Assembly (NCBI GenBank): GCA_945861565.1
Contig: CAMAUY010000011.1
Location: 6,444-70,443 of the forward strand
Length of the DNA: 64,000 nucleotides
Reading direction: 5' to 3'
DNA from: Akkermansia muciniphila
GTDB lineage: Bacteria > Verrucomicrobiota > Verrucomicrobiia > Limisphaerales > UBA9464
The translations under genes and the position numbers were made by a program. Positions 18,671 through 28,088 of this stretch are shown here, one piece after another (position 1 is the stretch's first letter; each line of letters opens with the position of its first letter). The notes beneath the pieces were generated by a model. The model saw only the letters and a program-made list of their open reading frames with translations, did no database searches and was not told where the DNA came from.

Positions 18671-18806
18671 CGGAGGTAGGAGTTGGTGGCGCCCGAAGAC
18701 TTCCGGTGGTTGACGTTAGCGCCCGTGTCCGGTCTGAAAATTGGACTCGACGCTGAGAATCGGGACGGATCTCGGTCCGCGACGGCAGGTCGACACTGTG
18801 TCGGGC

Positions 18807-19430
18807 CTATCCAACCTCTTCACCCAGTTCGACATTCCAGTACGCGAGATCGATGAAATGCCGCCAACTGTCATGCACGGGCACGCCAAGGTTGATCTGG
18901 ACGAATGGCCGCCACTTCGGTCGTTTCGGTTTTCGGATTAGACGCAGGCTTGCTTCCGACGGGGTGCGATTCGCCTTTCGGGTATTGCACGGTATGCAGG
19001 AGCAAACAATATTTTCCCAAGTGGTGGGACCGCCGCGGTCTCGGGGTTGAACGTGATCAAGATTTAAATCCTTCCGATCGAGCGTCCGGCCGCAGTATTG
19101 GCACGTGTTTTGGTCTCGCTCAAAAATGTTGTGCCGGGTGAACTTGACTTCCTTTTTTGGAAGGCGATCAAACACGGCCAACAGGATCACTCGAGGGATG
19201 CGCAGTCGAAGCGAGACCGTCCGGATCTTTTCCTCATCACCTGGATTTCGGGTGGAAAAGTCTCGCCACTGGTGAAAATCAAAAATCTTGAACTCTCCGT
19301 CCCCCGGTGAAAAGACAACGTGGGCGTGACCTTCGAAGAGGAGAGAGAGCGCGCGGCGGACAGAACAGACGTTTACCGCCTGCCAAAGGCGGTTCAAAAC
19401 GAGCACCTGTTGATTGAGAACGGATATCAT
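18807..19430 (-). CDS. HNH endonuclease
   Basis: CQYCGRTLDRKDLNLDHVQPRDRGGPTTWENIVCSCIPCNTRKANRTP. ATG 19430 (MISVLNQQVLVLNRLW) is preferred over the listed TTG 19643. Confidence 0.8.
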   Translation of the reverse strand: MISVLNQQVLVLNRLWQAVNVCSVRRALSLLFEGHAHVVFSPGDGEFKIFDFHQWRDFSTRNPGDEEKIRTVSLRLRIPRVILLAVFDRLPKKEVKFTRHNIFERDQNTCQYCGRTLDRKDLNLDHVQPRDRGGPTTWENIVCSCIPCNTRKANRTPSEASLRLIRKPKRPKWRPFVQINLGVPVHDSWRHFIDLAYWNVELGEEVG

Positions 19431-19539
19431 GAATCCCGCCAGACAACTGGGGGAAGCGATATCCAAGAATGGGCTGTGTGTCAATCTGTTGCGTCGCAGG
19501 ATTAAAGCTCTGTCGATTGCGGGCGCAGAGGAATGTCGG

Positions 19540-20511
19540 TTACCGGGAGGGTTCCAAGGGTGAAGGTTTTCTTCCCCACCCAAGGATTTTGGCAACGGCA
19601 TTGCGAACCTCGTCGCCGGTAAAGAACAGCGGGTACGTTGCAACGCAGACCAAGAACTCTGGAACGTTTAGAAGGACGGCAATCTGAAGATGAAAGATGG
19701 CGGCCGAGATGGCGGCCCAGAGTCGGAACCGGCGGATGGCGAAGGCAAATGGGAGCCAGAATTCGAAGACGACGACAAAAATTGTCATCGCGAGATGCAC
19801 CCACGAGGGAAGTGGGAGACGCGCAAACCAGTACGCAGGCGGCGTAGCCCACATATTGCAAAACGTGTACTTCATCATTCCGGCGTCGCGCCAGGCCGGA
19901 TCGAACATCTTGAATACGGCAGCCCCGCCATAGAGGAACATAATTTGCAGGGTCATCAGTCGGGCACCCCAGCGCCAAACCCTCACCTTTTGAGCCCCCG
20001 GAGTTCGAGTGAGAGCGGTAAGGGACCAAACTCGGTCCAAGTCGGCGAGGCACGAGGTTCCGAGGAAAAGAATGGTGAGCCGGTCATAGGCACAATCTCT
20101 TACACCGATGCTCAGGAAGTAGTAGTAAAGAAAAAGAGCGAGAATGACCGGGGTCACGATTCGGGTCATGAATCCGACCGTGAAGGAGGTGACCAGGATG
20201 ATAAAAAACCAGAACAGGATCCCAGCGCCCACAGGAGGCAGCGCAATGTCAGGAATGCGGAATGGGTTGTAGATTCCCTGATTGGAAAACTCCAAGGTAA
20301 CCGATCCCATAAAGCTTATTAGGAAATAAGCCAGTATGTATAGGCCGAAAAGGATTCGGAACAGGGCAAAGGCATAGCCGGAGTCCTTGGCAAACCAATA
20401 CTCATTCCATCGAGTCGTCCATTTCTGGAGAAAACGCACTTGGTTGAGAGCGTGAGCGGGCACGGCAGCCTTTGCTGGTTCACTGCCGGAAGGCATTTCG
20501 GTCGCAGTCAT
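19540..20511 (-). CDS. HTTM-domain (vitamin-K-dependent gamma-carboxylase-like) membrane protein, paralog 1
   Basis: Polytopic. Carries FALFRILFG, DLDRVWSL and QIMFLYGGAAVFK motifs typical of HTTM. ATG 20511 overlaps the upstream stop as ATGA. Confidence 0.75.
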   Translation of the reverse strand: MTATEMPSGSEPAKAAVPAHALNQVRFLQKWTTRWNEYWFAKDSGYAFALFRILFGLYILAYFLISFMGSVTLEFSNQGIYNPFRIPDIALPPVGAGILFWFFIILVTSFTVGFMTRIVTPVILALFLYYYFLSIGVRDCAYDRLTILFLGTSCLADLDRVWSLTALTRTPGAQKVRVWRWGARLMTLQIMFLYGGAAVFKMFDPAWRDAGMMKYTFCNMWATPPAYWFARLPLPSWVHLAMTIFVVVFEFWLPFAFAIRRFRLWAAISAAIFHLQIAVLLNVPEFLVCVATYPLFFTGDEVRNAVAKILGWGRKPSPLEPSR

Positions 20512-21056
20512 CGGGTAAGAAGGAGGTCCTCCCAAAAGATCGACTCTAGAGTATTGGTGGCGGTCGGGTCGTTGCGAAGGCTATCCCAACCGTGCGGGCT
20601 TGACGGCCAGGAATCGATTCGGAGGCCGACGCGAGAGATGGGGCGATCCGGGTGGTGACGGTTGTGGTAGCGCCAGACTTTTTCTCCGAGGTTCATCATC
20701 GCGTCGATATGAATCTTCGGGTTCACACTGGACGCATGTTTGGTAGCTCGCAAGCGCATGAATTGGTCTCCTTTCTTGTGCGGGACGAGCTCATCGGTGG
20801 GAAGTGGAATCCAGTTAGTGGGGCTCAGGGCAGCGCCTCTGGGCAGTCCCCAAAGCGTGAACTGGCTGTTCGTTGCGGTAAAGGTGGCAAACATTCCGAA
20901 CAGCTGAAAGGTACTGATTGCCTCCCGTGGCAGGGGGAGTTTGACGGGCATCCCTGGGGCGACGCTGCGCAATAGAACCGAAACGTTGGCGTAAATGACG
21001 CTGCCTGCGATGGCAGAGAGCACCATCATGCGTTGTTTTTTTCGAAAAACGGACAT
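20508..21056 (-). CDS. HTTM-partner protein, paralog 1 (N-terminal TM anchor, unknown family)
   Basis: 182 aa from ATG 21056, which is the first start after the DUF4340 stop. Alignable over its full length with 27558-28088 (LPRE, FGMFA, FTLWG, WIPLPTDE, LGEKVWRYHNRHHPDRP). Confidence 0.65.
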   Translation of the reverse strand: MSVFRKKQRMMVLSAIAGSVIYANVSVLLRSVAPGMPVKLPLPREAISTFQLFGMFATFTATNSQFTLWGLPRGAALSPTNWIPLPTDELVPHKKGDQFMRLRATKHASSVNPKIHIDAMMNLGEKVWRYHNRHHPDRPISRVGLRIDSWPSSPHGWDSLRNDPTATNTLESIFWEDLLLTR

Positions 21057-21127
21057 GGCCCGAAAAAAAGGGTGCCAGAAATGTATCGCCCTGGAAAGGC
21101 CGAGTTGAAGGCGGCGTTGAATAGGAA

Positions 21128-22921
21128 TCAGCGCACGGGCAGCAGATGGTAAAGATCCTCGTAAAGGGTCCTGGGCAGCTTCAAATGGATGGAGAGCGGA
21201 TCGTCGTCGAAGTTTGCCAGCACGACAACCTCGGTGCCAAGGTCGGCGCCGAATCGCAGCCTCCATTGTTGCAGAGGCCCGGATCGTTCGCGGAATACGA
21301 GGGATATCTCGTGACTACGATCGGAAAACTTGTAGGCCTTCAGAAACGTAGCCTCGTCGCGGATGGTAAATCGGACCGAATTCCAGTCACTGAGGCGGTG
21401 GAGCAGCTCATCAAATGAATCTGACGGAAGGCTTGGTTCGCCCGTCTCCCAGCTACCTTCAGCCGATCTTTGAAACACCCGGGTGCGGCCGCCGCGTTGC
21501 ACGCGAATTTCCGTCACGTTGGTGGAGGCAAAATGCCAGTCACGAAGTTGGTTTGCGGTTTCGGGCAGTCGAAAATCAATTTTGGGGACCGCGTAGACTC
21601 CCGGCTCGTCCGAACGACGGACGTACAGAAGGGCAGAGTTATTGGTAAGGGGACGGCCAAACTGGATTTTGACGATCGGTTGGTTGGTGACGGATGCGAC
21701 CCGGTTGGTGACTCGTTTTCCCAAAGCGAATTCGCGATTCGGTTCAGCCAAACCGAATTTTGCGAAATCGGTCACGACGTCTGCGGGAAATTCGATGATT
21801 TCGAGGGATGCTAATTCCGCGAGCAGGTGGTCAATTCCTGAGGGATCGGCGGGAAATCTCCTGGGCAGCTGAATCCACCAATTGGTCCCCTCCCGCTCGA
21901 GAGTCGTCTCATTCGTGCCAAACCGGAAATGAATGTAGGCAGTGGCGTCGAGTGGGGGTGTGAGCTGTCGATCGCGGAACGCAGACAGCGGTGCATCCAA
22001 TGATGTTAGTGTTTTGTTTGGAACTAAATACACATTTGTTTGGAGCAGATTCCGGACGTACCGCCAGGACGGCTGATTGGTGGGTGAACGTCCAATTTGC
22101 AGTCGCACCAGATCATCCGTTCCCTCGCCGGCCGCAAATTCGATGGCTGGCGGCTGTAGACCGAATGCAGCGGCATCAACCATGGGGGCATCGGTTACAA
22201 ACTCAGCGATCCTGGCATTTTTCAATTCATTGAGTAACAGTTCCAGGCGGGCACCATCAGCTCGGGCAGCCAGCGGACGGGTCAGTCGCCAGACTCCGGT
22301 GGATGGATCCCGTTCGGCCTTTAAATCGGTTTGACCTCGAATTTCGATGCGGTTCACTTGGGCATCCCGAAGGCTGAGCAGGGAACGATCCCGCCAGTCG
22401 TTCGCGTTGGCGGGCAGGGCATCCAATAGAGCGGTATCGGCGACGAACAGCCCGTCGGATCCCATCCGTTGGAAGTAGAAACGATTCCCCACCGGCGACG
22501 GGCTACCGAGATTTAGGACCGTGCGATCGGTTACGGATTCGATCGTCAAAAGGGCCTGGGGAGGTTGCAGGCCGAAGGCGGCGAGGCCGCCGGGCTGGGC
22601 CGCAATCTCGGCAGCACTGACATGTGCGGTCGGTTCGAGCTTCTTGAGGGCGTCGATCATTCGGTCAATTCCGACGGTTTGAGCGGGCTGAGAGACGGGG
22701 TATTTGAGCCACCAGCCCTTGCTATCCCGTTCGACTCGCATGACCTGATTGCTGCGCTGCAATTCAAGTGAGCGCACACTGGCAAGCTCCAAGGGCCGGA
22801 ACGCTGCGTGCCCGCCGTGCGTCGCCCGGATCCGGATCGGGGCTCGAAGCTCGACGAATTTCAAATAGCTGGCCAGCGCGATGGCAACGAGCAGGAGGAT
22901 CCATGTGTGGCGAGAATTCAT
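21128..22921 (-). CDS. DUF4340 domain protein
   Basis: 597 aa with an N-terminal TM (WILLLVAIALASYL). Repetitive beta-rich body, in the usual position downstream of a GldG-like gene. Confidence 0.65.
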   Translation of the reverse strand: MNSRHTWILLLVAIALASYLKFVELRAPIRIRATHGGHAAFRPLELASVRSLELQRSNQVMRVERDSKGWWLKYPVSQPAQTVGIDRMIDALKKLEPTAHVSAAEIAAQPGGLAAFGLQPPQALLTIESVTDRTVLNLGSPSPVGNRFYFQRMGSDGLFVADTALLDALPANANDWRDRSLLSLRDAQVNRIEIRGQTDLKAERDPSTGVWRLTRPLAARADGARLELLLNELKNARIAEFVTDAPMVDAAAFGLQPPAIEFAAGEGTDDLVRLQIGRSPTNQPSWRYVRNLLQTNVYLVPNKTLTSLDAPLSAFRDRQLTPPLDATAYIHFRFGTNETTLEREGTNWWIQLPRRFPADPSGIDHLLAELASLEIIEFPADVVTDFAKFGLAEPNREFALGKRVTNRVASVTNQPIVKIQFGRPLTNNSALLYVRRSDEPGVYAVPKIDFRLPETANQLRDWHFASTNVTEIRVQRGGRTRVFQRSAEGSWETGEPSLPSDSFDELLHRLSDWNSVRFTIRDEATFLKAYKFSDRSHEISLVFRERSGPLQQWRLRFGADLGTEVVVLANFDDDPLSIHLKLPRTLYEDLYHLLPVR

Positions 22922-22946
22922 ACAGGAGGACGAGGGGCATCCAGGC

Positions 22947-24446
22947 TCATGCGCGTCGTCGGAGCCAAACGATGATACCCAGGAGGAGTACCGATCCGGG
23001 AAGGACCATGAGGAAAAGCCAGCGCAGGATGGTGAGCTGAGTCGGAGTCAATCGAAGGGTGTACTCGTGGATAGGTTTGGGACCAATGGCGAGGAATTGC
23101 TGGCGATCGAGAAGCCAGTTCACGGCCAAGCCGGCGAAATCCCGATTGGATGCACTCTCAATTAATTGGTTTCCAAAACAGAATGAGTCTCCCACGACCA
23201 CGATGCGAGACGCACCACGGTTGGCGGTCACGCCGGCCAGTCCGCCTTTTTCAGCCGCGGCGGCGATTGGGATCATCTGCCCCTGAATGTCGATGCGGGA
23301 ATCATAGTAGGCGGTTCCATCGCGAATCCTGGATTTGGTCTGACCGGCATTACTGGTGAAGAGGAGCTGTTCCACCTTGGGAGGGTCCGCTGGCATGAAT
23401 TTTTCGGGGATCTTACCCACCGTTCGGGGCAGTAGGAGTTGAACCTTATGATGCCCGTGCGCCAAAGAGTTCACGACCGGGTGGGCACCGAACTCCCCTA
23501 CTAGAACATCGGAGCCGCCGGTGGTCTGTTGCCCATCAGCCACGACACTGGGTCGGACGGCGATGCCCCAACGGATGAGAAATTCCTCCAGGCCCGTGGC
23601 GATGGCAAGGCTCTCCACGTTCATCAGCACGAGCAAACGGCCTCCTTGATCGAGGAAAGACCCAATTTTTCGCAGTGTGTTTGCTTCCAGGGGGCTGTTT
23701 GCGCCGGCGATCACAAGCAGTTCACAATCGGGAGGCAGTGACTCCCGCGTTGCACCCAATGTGAGGGGGTCCACGGACACGTTCCTTTCCGCCAGGAGTT
23801 CGATGAATTTGCGGTAACCGTTCTGATCACTGCTTTGCGGATCGTGTTCTCCGTGCCCTTGCAGGTAGCAGACCCGCGGGCGGATGGCCTCGCTGACGGT
23901 TAGAATCGCGGCGGTAAAGAGAGCTTCGCCCTTAAATGCCGAGCGACGGACCTCCCGACTGCCCCCTTGCAACATGCGATTGACGTCTGCGTCGTAGACG
24001 GAGAGTTCGGAGCTGCGGACGAAACGGGTTTCCTTTCCTGCCTCGAAGATCACCAGGTCCTTATCGTCCCGCCCTAGATTGTACCGGTCGCGAATCTGAA
24101 TGGCCCGTCCGGGTGCGAGGCTGTAGTCAACGACGTCGAGGGTGATTTTGGAAGACAGGCTCCGGTAGATTCGGAGCATCGCATCGACGTGACTGAAGAG
24201 CCCGATTTCCGAGTCATAAAGTACTGTGATGCGGACCTGATTGGTCAGATTTTGGAGGACCTGAAGGGTCAGCGGACTGAGGACGAATCGATCGCCGGAA
24301 GTGAGATCTTTGCGCAAGGGGTGACGAGCCGCCAAGTAGTTGAGCATGACCAGGATTGCCAGGAACAGACTGGCCGCGACGAGCACGTGGACGGCGATAC
24401 CCAGGCGGCGTCCGGACGGAAAACTGGGAGGAGGAAGATCGTCCAC
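22947..24446 (-). CDS. GldG-family ABC-transporter auxiliary protein
   Basis: N-terminal and C-terminal TM segments. LNYLAARHPLRKDLTSGDRFVLSPLTLQVLQNL...VRITVLY is the GldG-type start. Confidence 0.75.
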   Translation of the reverse strand: MDDLPPPSFPSGRRLGIAVHVLVAASLFLAILVMLNYLAARHPLRKDLTSGDRFVLSPLTLQVLQNLTNQVRITVLYDSEIGLFSHVDAMLRIYRSLSSKITLDVVDYSLAPGRAIQIRDRYNLGRDDKDLVIFEAGKETRFVRSSELSVYDADVNRMLQGGSREVRRSAFKGEALFTAAILTVSEAIRPRVCYLQGHGEHDPQSSDQNGYRKFIELLAERNVSVDPLTLGATRESLPPDCELLVIAGANSPLEANTLRKIGSFLDQGGRLLVLMNVESLAIATGLEEFLIRWGIAVRPSVVADGQQTTGGSDVLVGEFGAHPVVNSLAHGHHKVQLLLPRTVGKIPEKFMPADPPKVEQLLFTSNAGQTKSRIRDGTAYYDSRIDIQGQMIPIAAAAEKGGLAGVTANRGASRIVVVGDSFCFGNQLIESASNRDFAGLAVNWLLDRQQFLAIGPKPIHEYTLRLTPTQLTILRWLFLMVLPGSVLLLGIIVWLRRRA

Positions 24447-24450
24447 AGGA

Positions 24451-25203
24451 TTATTTCCAACGGCGGCTCTCGACCACCCGTTGAGTCAAGTAGAGAAAAA
24501 AAGCCGTCCCCGTGAGGTAGAACACGACCTGACGGGTGTCGATGATGCCGCGGGAAAAATCGAACAAATGTCGCATGACGGATGTATAGTCCAGCACGGC
24601 ACCCCATCCACTTTCCGAGGGGGAAAGGGCCGCGGATCGGAGGCTGAGAACGAAGAGGCCGACTCCGAGGAGGAAGCTGAAAATGGCGGCGATGATTTGG
24701 CTTCGGGTCAGGGAACTTGCGAAGCAACCCATGGCCATGTAGAGCGACCCTATCAGCAGAATACCGAAGAAAGTTCCGGCGGTGACCCGGGGGTCGAGTG
24801 TCGCCGGATCGCCGGTGAAGTGGCGAATGATGAAAAGGCAGCCGAGGAGTGGTAACCAGACTAGGGCGAAGAAGGCGAGCGTGCCTCCGAATTTAGCCAG
24901 AACCACCTGCCAGTCTCCGACGGGAGCAGTCATGAGGGATTCATAGGTTCCGGTGGATTTTTCCAGCGCAAACGCTCTCATGGTGATCATCGGAGCGGTG
25001 ATTAGGAGAATCACCCAAAAGTACACCGTGGCATAAAATTGCTCTGTCACGGGGGCGTCTTGTGGGATCCCGTTCAGCTTGCCGAGCATGTCCACAAAGC
25101 TGAACCCGAATAAAAAAAGCACAGCGGCGATGACCACGTATCCGATCAGCGACTTGAAGTAACCGCCGAGTTCACGTCGAATTAGTGCCAAGATCACATT
25201 CAT
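24451..25203 (-). CDS. ABC-2 type permease (GldF-like)
   Basis: MNVILALIRRELGGYFKSLIGYV and six predicted TM segments. ATG 25203 overlaps the ATPase stop as ATGA. Confidence 0.8.
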   Translation of the reverse strand: MNVILALIRRELGGYFKSLIGYVVIAAVLFLFGFSFVDMLGKLNGIPQDAPVTEQFYATVYFWVILLITAPMITMRAFALEKSTGTYESLMTAPVGDWQVVLAKFGGTLAFFALVWLPLLGCLFIIRHFTGDPATLDPRVTAGTFFGILLIGSLYMAMGCFASSLTRSQIIAAIFSFLLGVGLFVLSLRSAALSPSESGWGAVLDYTSVMRHLFDFSRGIIDTRQVVFYLTGTAFFLYLTQRVVESRRWK

Positions 25204-26168
25204 TGTCCGGGCAGGTCCTTTCCTTGCTGGCGGGTCAGGTGGATAAAAATGTCCTCCAATGAATGCCGACTCCGTGTGAGTTCGCGCAAACTCCATTCGT
25301 TGTCGCGGACGATGGCAAAGACGAGGGGCCGGAGATCGGCACCATTCCGCGGAGTAAGAGCGACGCGAAACCACTCGCCGTCCGCGGGAGCAACGTCCCA
25401 TCTTTCGATTTCAGGGAGATCTCGCCAGCACTCCCGCAGAGCCTCATGCGGCGCGGCGATTTCGGCGATTACCTGTCCGTCGAGGCTCAGTTTTCGCTTC
25501 AGATTTTCGGTAGTATCTGCCGCTAGAATTCGACCCTGGTTGAGGATTAACACCCGGCTACAGGTCATCTCCACTTCGGGAAGAATATGAGTGGAAATCA
25601 GGATGGTTGTGGTTTTTCCGAGTTCCTTGATCAGGGCACGGACGGCGCGAATCTGGTGGGGGTCCAGTCCGATGGTGGGTTCATCCAGCATGATCAGATC
25701 CGGTTCATGCACGAGAGCATCCGCCAATCCCACACGCTGCCGGTACCCTTTCGAGAGCTGTCCAGTGATGCGCCGGTGGACCTCCGTTAGTCCACATTGT
25801 TGGAGAACGATATCGACCCGATCGCGGGACCGCTGCCATCCGAGTCCCTTCAATCGGGCTCGGAATTTCAAGTACTCCCGGACCCGCATGTCCAGGTGCA
25901 AGGGATTACTTTCGGGCATGTACCCGATACGCCTTCGAACTTCGTCGGGTTCTCGGTAGACGTCGAAGCCGGCTACCCGGGCGGTTCCACCGGTCGCGGG
26001 CAGAAAACAAGCCAGAATTCGCATCGTGGTGGACTTACCGGCCCCATTGGGGCCCAGAAAGCCGACCACTTCACCGCGCCCGACTGTGAACGTGATGCCA
26101 TCCACCGCCGTGCGTCCTGGGTACCGCTTTGTGAGGTCGTGGACCTCGATCATCGGTGAGTCGATCAT
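25200..26168 (-). CDS. ABC transporter ATP-binding protein (GldA-like)
   Basis: Walker A GPNGAGKST, signature LSKGYRQR, Walker B LIMLDEP, H-loop STHIL. All motifs are canonical. Confidence 0.9.
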   Translation of the reverse strand: MIDSPMIEVHDLTKRYPGRTAVDGITFTVGRGEVVGFLGPNGAGKSTTMRILACFLPATGGTARVAGFDVYREPDEVRRRIGYMPESNPLHLDMRVREYLKFRARLKGLGWQRSRDRVDIVLQQCGLTEVHRRITGQLSKGYRQRVGLADALVHEPDLIMLDEPTIGLDPHQIRAVRALIKELGKTTTILISTHILPEVEMTCSRVLILNQGRILAADTTENLKRKLSLDGQVIAEIAAPHEALRECWRDLPEIERWDVAPADGEWFRVALTPRNGADLRPLVFAIVRDNEWSLRELTRSRHSLEDIFIHLTRQQGKDLPGQ

Positions 26169-26432
26169 GACGAAGAGCGGAACAATAGCGGGTTAAGACA
26201 CGGTCGTACAAACATGCTTTAAAAATTGCACTGACGCCCCGACCGACTGGATCGTGTCGGCTGGCATGAGTGCGAACTCCCCGTTTGACACAAATTGCAG
26301 AGATTGAGAGAAAGAGGTGAAGAGTGGGTCTCGATTAAGAACCAGCAGCGGGAGCTTGGCTCTCTCCACAGGAAATTGCTCCTCGCGGGTTAGCGGGCGA
26401 GACTGTCTCATTTAAGTCGGAAAGTTCCCTTT

Positions 26433-26945
26433 ATGCCCCTCGGCCTACATCGTCCAAAGCGTCCCCGTGTCAGCGCGGGTTTGCTGATGTACCGAGTGTG
26501 CCGGGTGGAATTGGAGGTTTTCATTGCGCACCCGGGCGGGCCTTGGTTTCCGCACCGGGATTATGACGTGTGGACCATTCCCAAGGGTGAGATCGAGCCG
26601 GGCGAGGAGACGTTTGCGGCGGCGGTTCGAGAATTCGAGGAAGAGGTTGGGATCCGACCCTGCGGGCCGTTCATTGAGTTGGGCTCGATCCTGCAAAAAG
26701 GTGGAAAAACGGTGCATGCTTGGGCATTTGAAGGCAACTGGAGTGAAACGGGTCCTCCCAAGAGCAATCATTTCTCGTTGGAGTGGCCACCGGGGTCTGG
26801 AAATTGGCAGGAGTTTCCTGAAGTGGACCGGGCGGGGTTCTTTTCCCTGGATGGAGCCAAGGAGCGGCTGAAGTTGACGCAACAACCGCTGCTCGACCGC
26901 CTCGTCGTGGCGCTCGGGACCCTGGCTGTGCATACTCGGCGCTGA
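26433..26945 (+). CDS. NUDIX hydrolase
   Basis: Nudix box GEIEPGEETFAAAVREFEEEVGI. Confidence 0.85.
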   Translation: MPLGLHRPKRPRVSAGLLMYRVCRVELEVFIAHPGGPWFPHRDYDVWTIPKGEIEPGEETFAAAVREFEEEVGIRPCGPFIELGSILQKGGKTVHAWAFEGNWSETGPPKSNHFSLEWPPGSGNWQEFPEVDRAGFFSLDGAKERLKLTQQPLLDRLVVALGTLAVHTRR

Positions 26946-27023
26946 GGGAGGGACAACCGGGCACGGGCGAACGTCGCCGGCCGATTTCGAACGTCCTTTC
27001 GCGGTTTGAGCGGGTTGGTGGGC

Positions 27024-27413
27024 CTACTCTTTCGCCCAAAAATCCAACACAAAGACATCGGCAACTAGGGCGCGGGCCAATTTGCCGAATTCCTTGTGGT
27101 CCGGGTGCACGAGATAGTCATCCCGGTCTTTCTCGCTGTTGAACGTCAAGATCCATCCGTGGGTGCAACCCTTATTCAAGCCCTCCGGGCTATTGTTTTC
27201 GCCGGCTTCCAGTTTGGCAACCTGCGGAATCTTTAGCTTCAGACCGCGGAACGCGTCTTCGAGCGTGCGAATTTCGGCCTTTGTGGCGGAATCCTTGAAC
27301 TTAAAGGCCACCACGTGGCGCAATTTGCCTTTGCCTTTCTTTGCCGGCGCGGCGGTGGCGGGGAGGGAAAGAGTGGTTCCCAAGACCAGGCCGGGAAGAA
27401 TAAATCGTTTCAT
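27024..27413 (-). CDS. Secreted Dabb (stress-responsive A/B barrel) protein
   Basis: Signal peptide MKRFILPGLVLGTTLSLPATA. LRHVVAFKFKD...HPDHKEF matches the Dabb family. Confidence 0.7.
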   Translation of the reverse strand: MKRFILPGLVLGTTLSLPATAAPAKKGKGKLRHVVAFKFKDSATKAEIRTLEDAFRGLKLKIPQVAKLEAGENNSPEGLNKGCTHGWILTFNSEKDRDDYLVHPDHKEFGKLARALVADVFVLDFWAKE

Positions 27414-27557
27414 GAACTGGCGCGAAGAATGCATTGCGCAAAACGCTATTCGATCCGGCGGTTGAGGCAAGCTCGCATCCGACGATGGGGCAGAACGGGG
27501 GTCATTTCGAGACGCCCGGCGTTGCCTCCCAGTGGCTTTTACCGGTACTTTCCTGCA

Positions 27558-28088
27558 ATGAGATTCAAGCTTCGCGGGCTGCTAGCCTTTCAATCGCTGT
27601 TGGCCCTCTTGGTTGTTGGGTCGGATGTGTTGCTCATTCCCACCCAGGTTTGGAGCACACTCGCGGGTGTCCCGACGATCTTGCCGCGGGAGATGGGGAG
27701 TCTCGTCTGTTTTGGGCTGTTTGCGAATTATTCCTCCAACAACATGGAATTCACCCTCTGGGGGCGCCCGCCGGGCGGCGGTACCAATATTTCCGAATGG
27801 CGACCGCTTCCTTCGGACGAATTCTTCCCATTCTGGAGGGGGATTCAGTATAACATGATGAAGGCGGAGGTCTCAGGCGTGAACTCGTCCGGCCAGAATC
27901 AGGCGGATGTTCATCAGGTACTGGGAAACAAAGTTCGGCGCCGGCATAACTTCTTGCATCCGGATGCTCCGGTCACCCAGATCGCCTATCGTCATATGAC
28001 GTGGCCGGCAAATTCAGGAGGATTCCACGTCGGCACCAATTCCCCGGATGCCGTTTTTCAATATCTTATTCTGACGGATGCACAATGA
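27558..28088 (+). CDS. HTTM-partner protein, paralog 2
   Basis: 176 aa with an N-terminal TM. Homologous to 20508-21056 (LPRE, FGLFA, FTLWG, WRPLPSDE, LGNKVRRRHNFLHPDAP). Confidence 0.65.
   Translation: MRFKLRGLLAFQSLLALLVVGSDVLLIPTQVWSTLAGVPTILPREMGSLVCFGLFANYSSNNMEFTLWGRPPGGGTNISEWRPLPSDEFFPFWRGIQYNMMKAEVSGVNSSGQNQADVHQVLGNKVRRRHNFLHPDAPVTQIAYRHMTWPANSGGFHVGTNSPDAVFQYLILTDAQ

Noticed and set aside
26193-26411. 72-aa ORF directly upstream of the ABC ATPase gene
   Set aside because: It has no recognisable motif, signal or coupling, and it lies in a 264-bp divergent promoter region. It could be a leader peptide, but nothing in the sequence supports it.
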